DNA of 64,000 nucleotides from Paraspadella gotoi (lineage: Eukaryota > Animalia > Chaetognatha), in NCBI GenBank assembly GCA_051294375.1, contig CM119267.1:16780606-16844605 (forward strand). The letters run 5' to 3'. A program made the translations under genes and the position numbers. This document shows positions 52,752 through 64,000 of the stretch, in pieces. Each line of letters starts with the position of its first letter. Within the stretch, counting starts at the first letter, position 1. A model generated the notes under the pieces. The model was not told the DNA's origin. It did not search any database and saw only the letters and a list, made by a program, of their open reading frames with translations.

Positions 52752-54005
52752 GGCCTTTTGACATTCGGGAGGAATTTTTCAACGACAAAACTTCTTGTCT
52801 TGAGCCAAAAATTCCCTTCCAATATTGTCTTAATATCATCGGAGATTGTTGCCGGAGATAAGGAGGGCGAAAGAGGAAGAGAGGGGGGAGGGAAGAAGTT
52901 TAAAGGGCAAAGAAGGAACGAGGGGAAGAGGGAGGCGAGGAAAGAGAACATCGGAGGGGGAATGAGTGTTTGGACGCGAGTGAAGAAATTTTGGAAATGG
53001 GATGTGACTCGGATTTAGGATTTAGAAATATGGAGATGAAGGGTTATGGAAAAAATGGAAAGAGAAATGAGAGAAAAAAAATACAGTATATTTCGGAAGA
53101 AAGTTTAAAAGTAAAAAAAAGTGTCATTTTAGGACGAGAAAGTGAAGTGAAGAGAAAAAAAAATAGGAGGAAAATTGAAGAGAAAAAAAAATGGCAAAAG
53201 AGAAAAAAAAGGGGAATTGAGAAGAAAAAAAATCGGGCGAAGCGAAGCTCAAGAAAATAAGAAATTTGCGGGGAAAAGATGAGAGGAAAGGAATCCAATA
53301 AAGAAGACTCGAAAGCAGCGTCTTGAGAATGAAGGAAAAAAAGGAAGCTCGGGGAAGTGAGGAAGAAAATAATACGAAATCGTAGATGAAAAAGGTGAGA
53401 GGAAGGGGAAGAAATTTAATAAAAGAGAAAGGTAAGTTAAAAAAATATGAGGAGGGGAAATCTAATAAAAAGGTTTAGAAAAGTCTAAGATGGGAGGAAA
53501 GGTGCTTAAAGGTACTTGAAGGTACTTAAAGGTCCCCCCAAAAATTTCATAAAAGAAAAATTTCAGAAAAAAAGAAAATTTTTGTTTTAATTTTCAAGAA
53601 AAAAAAATTTTAACTTCTTTTGAACGACATAGTTTATTTTTTATTAGCTTTACTACCTAATTGTGGAATTTCTTTATTAAAATAAGTCAAAATATGTTTT
53701 TTTGAAATTTTACAAGCTTAAACTTTAAGGCAGCGTGAGACGGCAAAATTCTCACAAAATTTAAGAAGTTTCAAACCAAACCTTAGTATCATAAAAGTAA
53801 ATATCCCATATGATCGTGGTACAACGAAATAAGAATTATTTATAGTAGCTTTGGAAACGATTAACGTCAGAAAAAGATCGGGAATAAAAAAGAAAAAAGG
53901 AGAAGACATTAAAAGAAAGTAGGTCATTTCGGAGTTATTTAACAAGAAGAGCATCATCCTCTGACGGAAAAAGGAAAACGTGATAAATGAAGGTCGTCGT
54001 CGTCG

Positions 54006-54038
<33 letters not shown>

Positions 54039-55843
54039 TCGTCGTCGTCGTCATCGTCGTCATCGTCATCGTCGTCGTCGTCGTCGTCGTCGCGGGTAGA
54101 ATCGAAAAAGGAGACGGGCGGAAACGTCGGACCGACAAGCCGACGGACAAATCGACGGACGGACAAATACCCGAACGAAGGGGATTAAGGAGGCGGAGGC
54201 CGTTTGACCACAATTCCGTCGGAAATATCGTTCTGAGGCGGGGGGGGGCGGGGGGGGCGGAGGGGGCGTGGCAGAGAGAGGGGAGTTTTAATTCGAGTTA
54301 AGGGGGAAGGAAAAGGGAAAAGGTAAGGGGATTCATGGTTGGGGGAAAGAGTTAGTTAAAAGGGGATAGTGAAAACAAAGTTTATTTGTTTACAAACAAA
54401 GGGTGTAAACTGTCAACCGTCAACTGTCAACTGTCAACTGTCAACTGTCAACTGTAATTGTTGTAAAAAAAGGTGGAAGGGATCGAGCGGATTTAAAAGA
54501 AGGCGAAACAAGGAAAAGGGATTAACGGAATAATAAATTCTCAAAAAAAACGATTAGGAAGAAGAGAGAAATAAAACTTAGTGAAAGGCTTTATTAAGGA
54601 TGAGAAAAGAGTTTGTTTAAGAACGGTTTGTGAGAGTGAATTACGGTAACTTTGACGTGAAAAGTAGTAACGTTTCACTCGTTTTTTTTCCTATTTTTTT
54701 TTTCTCGTTCGCGAAAGCGGATTCTCACACTCGATCTACTACGACGCTTCTCTCTCTTGTTCGCTCACGTGATTCGCCGAGTTATTTTTCGTCTCCGTCT
54801 CGGAGTTCCTCCTCCGACAACGACGACAATAACAACGACAACAACAATAACAACAACAACAACCAAAGGAGCGCCACTCCAAGTTTTCCGCCTTAAATCC
54901 TGGTTCGGTCGAGAATCCGATGATTTAAGACTTTCCCCAGTTTCTCCTCTCGCCCGCCCGAGTCACCACCTCAGGCCTCAGCCACCAGAAACGCGCCACC
55001 GCGGCAATAAACATTCGCCGTTGCTGCCATCGCAGTCACCGTCGGTGGCTGAAATAACAACGACGGCGGGAACTTTGCAACAAAGGGGGACCGAGTTAAC
55101 GTGCCCGTTGCTGGTTTTAGCGAGTTCTCTGCGTGTGTGAACCATTCCACCTGGATCGAGGGACAGAGAGACCTGGTTATTGTCGCCGTCGTTGTGACAA
55201 CTCGACTTTAAGTTGACGCCACCGTCGTAGCTTTCACCACCATCACACGAGACCCCTTCTCCTCCGCCTCCATCGCCGCCTCCGCCGAAAAGCCGAGGCC
55301 GAGACAAACGCCACATTTACCACTGATCCCCCGTCGGGACGTGCAACGAATGAGGGAGACCCGTCGCTCGACGCTGCCGGCGCCGCTTCCGCCGTAACCG
55401 CAGCCGCCGCTGCTGTTTCCGCCGTCGCTTTCGACACTCCGTCACCCTTACTTCTGACGCAGTGTCTAACACCCAATTCAGTTCACTCCCGTCACAATTT
55501 CTCTTCATCCTTCCACCCAATCCGAAAAAGCCTCCGGGGACAATCACCACTGAAAATAACTTTCACTCCCTTAATCTATCATTCTGTCGCCACTCCCGAG
55601 ACTCCACTCCAGACCTTTTTTTAAGGGCGATGTGTCCCACGGGACGCCACCCTATTAAGAGGCGGCGACGGAAACCGGAAGTCGAGTCGACGAAGCGCGA
55701 ACGACGATGACGACGACGATAATGACGACGACGATAATGACGATGGTGATGATGACGATTGACTGGGCGATTGACTGGGCGATTGACTTTCTCCTTTTTC
55801 TTTTCTCTCTCTCTCTCTCTCTACTCTTCGCTCCGCTGTCTTT

Positions 55844-55907
<64 letters not shown>

Positions 55908-55984
55908 TCAAGAAATCAAGGGCTTTCTTTTTCTCACGTATTTCCGTGTTGTGTATCCAAACCGTATTCTTTTTTTAAGCTCTT

Positions 55985-56031
<47 letters not shown>

Positions 56032-56817
56032 CCACTCTCCCACAAATGCGTGACCCGAAGCGCGGGATTTTTTTCCGGATGATTGTGATTCAGCGCGTCG
56101 GCGAAGTTGATCTCTGCCATGAAAACTCTAAATCTTTTTTTTTTCGCTTCTCGATTCACGCTATATTTTCCCGCCAGTTTTTTTTATATATTTTTTTTTA
56201 TCGTTAGCCTTATATTTCGCGGGGTACGTGCGACGTACTTGTGACGTACCCGCGATAAACATGCACGATACGGGCCCGTTTGAGCGCGCGGCGGGGCTTT
56301 TTCTTTTAATACGGACGTAAATGCGTAAATAAGGCGTAAAAAAAAATTCCAGAAGGAAAAAAGAAAAAAAGAAAATAAACAAATCTCTAAAACCCCAAAG
56401 GCGCAAAAAAAAAAAACATTTCCATTTGGGATTTTAATGAGGCAATGAAACAAACACGAAATATTCAAATGGCGAAATAAAATAAACGGTACCGACCGAA
56501 AAAAAAGGGAATTAAAATGAATCTAAAAAAAAGATTAAAAAAATAAAATAAAAATGGCGTTGAGATTTTGAAGGAGAAATCTGAAAAATTACTATGAACG
56601 TATTCTTTTTAAAAAAGTTGCAAACTGCGAGGTCATTTCTTTGAAAGATGATACGCAATCGAAAAGCTATACAAAATGAATCCTCTATCCTCAATGCCGC
56701 GATTGATACGGAGCGATGCCCCGATGCCCCGATGCTGCAGAAGAAGCGAAAAAGCGATAACCGATTTAAAGGTCAAGACCGTGCAGTCATAATGTAAAAG
56801 AGTGATAGATGGTGGTA

Positions 56818-56867
<50 letters not shown>

Positions 56868-58927
56868 TCTCTCTTGATATTCGAGATGAGAAAGGAACTA
56901 AAAAAAAAAGGGAAGTGAGTAATGGAGTTGACGCCGCCGCCGACGGCAACGAATCGAAGGAGGGTGAGTTCAGGCGGGGGAAGTGGGTAAGTCGTCGGTG
57001 AATTGATGACCGGTGAGAACGCGAGGGGGCGCGACGATGGAAATGATGAGAAGAGAGGACGAAAAGGTAAGTTAATGGTTAGGTCGAAGAGCAGACGGGG
57101 AAAATCGCCGCAGCCCCCGCCGCGCCGCTGACCAACGATAGATGTAGCTATGACGTTCCCCCCAAGGTTTTCGATTTTCTCCGCCAGGGGTAAAAAAAAA
57201 CAAGAGACGGAGACAAGGAGATAAAGACTTTTGGGGAAAAACATTTCATCCATCATCTTTCCTTCTCGCGACGTCGAGTCGGAAAACGACAAAGACGAGA
57301 GAGAGACAGATTTTTGGTTTCCGGCCACCATTAGTCTTAGCCTAGAGATAGACGCCAACGCCGCTCGGCGGCCGCCGTCGCCGCGCCCGACGCCGCCGCC
57401 GGCTTTTCCGGCGAGACCGGAAGTAGAACAGAAGCGAAGCCGCCTAAACAAGTTTGTCGTTCGTGATTAATTCTCTCGCTGTACTACTTAATTTGGACCG
57501 TGGAAGCTTTGATAGATTTGGATGCAAATTTGGGAAGATTGGCGTGGGTTTTGTCTTTCTGAAAGATAATCGATAATTCTTTTTTTTAGCGGGGATAGAG
57601 AGAGGAAAGCCATTCGTTTATGGATGGTGTTAAATAACTTGTGAAATATATATATTCCTTGAAAAAAAATTAAAGATAGAACCGAGTGACGTTATTTCTA
57701 TCATTTCGTAAGCGTTTTTGTCGTTTTATTAAACAAACGATTTCCTAAATAAAGTTGTAAAAACAAAAAAAACAACCGTCAGAAGTTTTCGTAGTTGCTA
57801 TTAGTCAACGTTTGCCATTTGCCAACTCTAACAATTCAACTCCAAGCCTACTAGATTAAAGTTCAAAGTGTCTCTCTCTCTCTCTCGGAGGGAAAGGAGA
57901 CATTAACGGGTTTATTGCGAATAAATTATGCTTCGTAATCTTAGTTCAGAACTTAACGAGCTTAATGAGCCTATATACCAGTAAACACGTCGCGGGCAGC
58001 GTATCTCGGAAGAGTCACTAGTTGTTCCTCGTTATTTACGTAGAAAAAATAAAACGACCGCCACTACTAAAAAATAGTAATTAAAAAGAACTACAATTTT
58101 AATTTAAATTATTAATTAGATAAAGTTTCATTTTGCTATCAAAAATAGTGCCCAAATTGAAATCGTATGTTTATTGTTTAGTCTACTATATGTATGTGTA
58201 AAACAATAATCTAACAATTATAAAAATGACGACGACGAAAACGATATAACTTCACCTTGTGAAAAAATTGCTTGTCTCTAAAATTTTTCAACATTGAAGT
58301 CAGTCATTGAATATCGCCACTAACCCTGATCCTTACCAGTGCTACTCTTCTTCCACCCCCACGCTTACCACTGACTTTCCCCTCCTCCAGGAGTTGAGTC
58401 ACAATCAAAGTAGCTTCCTTCAACGCCGACGCTAATCGTCCACCATTACTCGCCCACCGCTTCTCCACGAACTTACCCAACCCGAGGCTAATACTCTAAC
58501 CCTAGTCCTTACCCCCGATTCACAGATTGTGTGATTCTCTGTTCAGAGTTTAAACCCCGTTAACTTTCCTCTCAAACTTTAGAGAAACTGTGAAGCCATT
58601 TCAGTTTCCTTTTCCTTCTTTCTATTCCTCACCCTTTTCTCACTTCTCCCTCTTTCGATCCACCCCCCCCTTTCCTCTTCCTCACCTGTGTCACTTTCCC
58701 CCCTCGGGACTCATCGCCTTAATTTCCCCTTTGTTATTGTTATTGTTATCGCCGCCGTCATCAACACTCGAGGACGAGGAGGGGGCGACGACGAACGCGA
58801 CGACGATGACGACGACGATATCGGTGTCGATGACGATGATGACGAAGACGATGACAACTACCACGAGAACGATGGCAAAAACGACGCCGACGATGACAAA
58901 GACGACGATGCCTACTACGAACAACGA

Positions 58928-58958
<31 letters not shown>

Positions 58959-59104
58959 TCGCACGAAGTCCAACGACGACGACAACAACAACGACGACAA
59001 AAGAACCGCCGACGACGACAGTCTTGCCTAAATCTTTCACTGAGGATTATTGCCGTTTCCTGTCTTCGAAACCCGACTTCCTCCCAAGCGTCGCTCTCTA
59101 TAAA

Positions 59105-59190
<86 letters not shown>

Positions 59191-59213
59191 TCTCTCTCTC
59201 TCTCTCTCTACCT

Positions 59214-59265
<52 letters not shown>

Positions 59266-62122
59266 TTTGCTTCTTTTTTTTTTTCCCTCTCACTGACATC
59301 TGCTTATCACCTGATTATTTTCTGTCTTGTTCCTCTTTTCTCTGCGGTTCTTATCTCTTTCGCCTTTCGGGACACGTCACTGGCGGCATTCTCAAGCCGC
59401 TCGTCCGCTCCCAATCACACCCAACCACCCCAGCTCCACTCTGAGGCTTCAGATCCTTATCCAGCCTCTCAAGATTACCCTTAATTCACTCCTTTTTTAC
59501 TCCTTACCTCAATAAATCACCAAAGGCTCCTCGTCTACTCCAACCGCAACCAATCATCAATCACTCAATCAACAAATCACCAATCATCAACCAACCATCC
59601 TAAATCCACTTCCAAATTTTTCATACCTTCCCAACTCGATCTATCCCACCCATCCCACCCATCCTACCAATGCCACTAAACTGACCCACCTTTCATCCGC
59701 TGTTCGCCACATCTTATCATGTCATCTCTTTTTCTTTCTTCTCCGCAAAATGTTTTTCTTTCACACCCCAATCCCTCCTGCTTTTCGATCCACGCCATCA
59801 TCACACCCACCCATCCCCAACCGGCACACCCGCCACCGCCGCCCCATTGACAGGAACGGGGCGATTCAGACATCAACGTCATGGCGTTATACTTTTTCGA
59901 GAAAATGTGAAAAGAGTTGGATGTATCACTGAAAAGTGGAATGTGGGAGATGGGGGAGAAAATGTAAAAGATAAAGGGATTAAGTAGTTTATCAGACGAT
60001 AGTAGAAAGTTAGAAAGAGCAAATAAAAGGTTTGTTTAATGTTTATACATCTTGTTTTTTTATATTTTAATCAAGACGTCCCAATCCGTTAAGTCGTCTA
60101 TGAAGTCTCAAGGTTTAGTGGAGTTCCTGACTATTAATATAACAAAGAAAATAAAATCGTCCAAAAAAATTATTTTCATTGCCCGCTAAGAAAATTAAGG
60201 TTTTTCTCTCTCTCCCTCTATAAAAATGAATGCCACTTTTTTTTACAATTAGCCAGTTCTATTCCATTCTCTTTACAGATTTCAATAAATCGATTCGTCT
60301 CATTTTGTTCGCCATTTCTATTTCGACCATCGTTTAATTGTAACCTTCCCTGGCAAGAAAAAAAAATGTTGAGCTCGAGACGCGCGGCCATTGATGGCGG
60401 AAGGGAAACGACGACCATTCGAAGCCCAAAGCCAGAATCTACAAATCATCAAAACAAACAACGACGACGACTCTCCGCTCTTTTTTTTATTTCTCGGTTC
60501 GCCGGATTCTCGGGCAAAGAATCACGGTTGGCCCCTGCAGGCGCCGTAAACAGAGTTTTCCGATGGAGCTGTTGTTCTTTGACAGGGTTTTAAATCCGTC
60601 GTTATCGAGTAGAGAGTGGATAGCTAAACCCAAAATAGCTCTCGTTGTTGCTGGGCCTACATGGTTGGCTTGTTCTGATTCGTTTACGGACGTTTACGTG
60701 AAATATTCTGAAATTTAAAGAAATTAAAATTTATGATGCTGAACTAAATTGGAATCTACCCCAAAATACCGCTGGGACAGCTAAATCACGTGCAGATCTT
60801 CTGTTATCAGAAAGTTATGATAAGGGTCGTTCTTTCAAAAATGAACCTTACGACTATATCGCTTCACAACTTTACTTTCACGAACCATCAAGTTAGTGAA
60901 ATCACAATCTCTGTTCCTCACATTCTCACGAAATAGAAATTAACGATAAATTTACCGTCGATTAATCATAGATAGATAGATAGCATAGACAGATAGATAG
61001 ATAGATCAAGCATAGATAGATTAAGCATCGGCTGAATCCGATAGATTTTCTCTGTTTTCCACTGTAGCTTTTATTTCCCCGGGACTTCATCCGGAGAAAA
61101 AAAAAAGAACAACAACCGGAAATCGGCAGCGAAACTGGGTTTTGACCCGGCTCTGTCGGCGGCGGCGGAGGCGTTGGCATGGGTGGCGGAAAGGGCGTCG
61201 GCGGCGGCGGCCACGGCGAAGACGGCGGTTGCGGCTTTGACCCTTGGGCCCATCTATCACCGCCAGACCGCCGGCGGTTGACCGACGAGGGCGAAAACTT
61301 AAGGGTCGTTGCTAACCAATTCTCGCCGACTTCGCTGGCTCCCTAAAGCCGTCCCCTACCGATAGCCCTGTTTCTCAATCTGCTTCCCACTCCCTCCGCC
61401 ACATTTCCTACAGCCTCTAGCAACGCCCTGCCCTAGAAATTTTCACGATCCTCGGGTAAGTCGTTCTCCCGAAATTCTCCCGATTCTTACATCGCGACGA
61501 GACTTTACTTCCTTCTGTTTCTTTTTTTCTTTTCTCCTTCTCTTTTTCTCTTTTCCTTTCTTTTTTTTTTTTTTTTGACTTATTTTTATTTTTCTTGGTT
61601 CCGTTTCCTTTTCTTTTAATTCCCAATCCTTTCATTTCCTTTTTTTGATTCCTTTAACTCCCCCTGCGTTCCTTTCCTTTCCTCCGTTTTTACGTCCGTT
61701 TCGCTCCTTCGACTTTCTTTTTTCTTTTCTCCATCATCCGACAGAAATGATCCCAACCTTGGTTCAGTTTTTAAATTTGTAATTTTTTTTTTATTTACCT
61801 TTTTTTCTTAATTTATTCATCGTGAACTGACTTTCACGCCGAACTTAAAGCACATCTTTCCAATTCCATTCACTTTTCCTTCTATACTTTCTTTCGACGC
61901 TTTTCAAATAACGATACCACCTTTTTTCTTAGGGTTTCGATCACCACCTACCCGCCATTCGATTCTATCTCTTATTTTTATCCTCACCTTCAATCCCTCA
62001 GCCTCCTTAGCCACCCTTCCCTTCTTTCTTCCCGCGCCGATCACGGAGAGGCGATAAAAGCCAACATTTGAAATGAAGACAAAGAATTTGGAGAACCGGG
62101 GGAAAAAATGGGTGAAACTGGG

Positions 62123-62240
<118 letters not shown>

Positions 62241-62637
62241 TTAGATATTCTGACAATTTTAATGGAGAGAGTCGAGAGGTAAAATTAGGGAGAAAGAGAC
62301 GGAAGAGAAAAAAAAAAAGCAGTTCACCGAATTAAGTGGGGGGGTGGGGGTGTGGGAAAAATAAAGCATGAAACAAAGGAACAACGCGATTCGGTCTTCG
62401 GCTTCAGTTCCGCTTCTTTGGTTCCCGAGAGAACAACAAAACAGCAAAGGTCGACCCCCTCGTTCAAATCAACATCTCCGCACGTCACGCTTTAACTCCG
62501 ACACAAATCAACATCTCGGCACGTCACGCTTTAACTCCGACACAAATCAACGCATCGGGTTTTTCAGCGTATCACCAGAACTTGTACGGTTCAGGAATAA
62601 AATATGGGGAAGTCGAGCAGTCTTGGAGTTAATGAAC

Positions 62638-62726
62638 TTGACAGTGTGAGAATCTTGCTTGAAAGCTTACAGGGTCTCGATATCTTGTAAGAAGGACTTC
62701 ACCCAACATAGCCTGTCAAATGTTCA
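62638..62726 (+). mobile_element. Highly degraded family B repeat remnant
   Basis: GTGAGAATCTTGCTTGAAAGCTTACAGGG...TATCTTGTAAGA...AGCCTGTCAAA similar to 31782-31880. Confidence 0.55.
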
Positions 62727-64000
62727 ATGTTTATCAATTGAGGTATTCGTTTCACCTAAACCTTACTTTAACCCAACCGGTTTTTGAGATCAACCTTAAC
62801 CCTTACCACGGCTTCGAATGAGTCGACTTCGAAGCCGCTTCGATCCTCTAGCGCCGAAGAATCTCGCGAGACTCGTTGCCATAACAACCGACGGAAATCG
62901 AAGAGACGCGAGATCTGAGCGGAATTCGAGAACGAGCGAAAGTCAAAGGAAAGGAACTTTGGTTCCATTCTGTCCAACTTTACGTGACTCACCTATGGAT
63001 TAAATAATTAAATAATTCAACGATTCACGTTTCCTTTTTATCATTCAGCGAATATTTCGATGATTAATTGAGTGTTAGATAAATAACGTTACTTGGCTCG
63101 TGAGACTTCGCAGTATTTCGACGCTCATGCTTTTTTTTTTTCGACAGCAAGAACCATAACGCCGGCCCAAGGGTGAAACGGCGTCGTCAACCGTCTTAGC
63201 CGCCGAGACAAAACCAAAGTCAGCTTCGGATCTCAAAGCATCAAATGAAACCAAAAAAGCCAAGAATCGAATTAATTCAAATTCCCACCAATCATCAACA
63301 AAAAAAAAAACACAAGGAAATAAAGTTGCAATCGACGAGCAAGCACAGAAATCAAGCAAAGCAAATACGGAATCTAAACAACAAAAGGACGAACCATTCG
63401 CTCGCAAAGGGGACGATGAACAAGCTTGGCAGCCCGGCCCAATCCAAGCCGTCTACGAAAAGCAAAAAAAAAATTTCGACAAAACCAACAATTGAATCTG
63501 TTCCGGGCGGCGTCCGGGTTTCTCTGAACCCACGCGGCGGTCCGCCATCCCATGTCGCGGCCGCCGCTCCTGCTGCCGCCTCGGCCGCCCCGCTGCCCCC
63601 GCGACACTGCTAACCGCCTCCGCCGCCCCGCGCAACCGACGAATCCGCCATCGTTCATCCATTTGGTTCTCGTTCGAATCACGTGATTTCATTTCGATGT
63701 CACAATAGCTTTGTCGTCGTCGTCGTTGTCGTCGTCGTCGTTACTGTTGCCGCTTTCTCAATGACAATGGCTTCGCAAGACTAGGAAGCGTTCCAAGTTT
63801 TCATTCTTATCTTGAAATACTGCGTATAGCCCTATGAAAAATATTCTTTACGTTTTTTTTCTTCTTTAAGTTTCAAACCTTTTTTTTATCTTGATAAGTC
63901 ATCGTTATACTTATAGAATAAATATTTATTATTTGCTACGAAAAAATGTAACAGTTTTGTTATTTATAAATATTTTTTCTCGGTATATTATTACAAGTTT

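Noticed and set aside
54978-55476. GC-rich ORFs on both strands
   Set aside because: No recognisable domain, no convincing splice sites, low-complexity composition.

Overview
AT-rich eukaryotic (invertebrate-like, TTAGGG-type repeats) genomic DNA with assembly gaps. Most listed ORFs are artefacts of (AG)n, (GAC)n and (AAAG)n microsatellites. The first ~39 kb holds nested transposons plus one 7-exon XK-related (Xkr scramblase-like) gene at 25214-37835, which has an in-frame stop and a frameshift, and a decayed paralog of its last exon at 13486-14578. The main discovery is a set of small non-autonomous LTR elements (571-1178, 10606-11198, solo LTRs 27327-27611 and ~30066-30318). Their LTRs carry a tRNA-derived Pol III-like module directly followed by a circularly permuted (type P5) twister-ribozyme fold. 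The same fold also occurs in a ~323-bp dispersed/tandem repeat. Across families the fold shows compensatory changes in T1, T2 and P4, and P1 is replaced by a 6-nt palindrome, suggesting dimeric twisters and a retrozyme-like circular-RNA cycle. Four Penelope-type minimal hammerheads, a 2.8-kb non-autonomous LTR element with the same PBS, Tc1/mariner MITEs and DINE-1/Helentron-like repeats are also present. The region 40-64 kb has no recognisable gene. All folds and alignments were done by eye.
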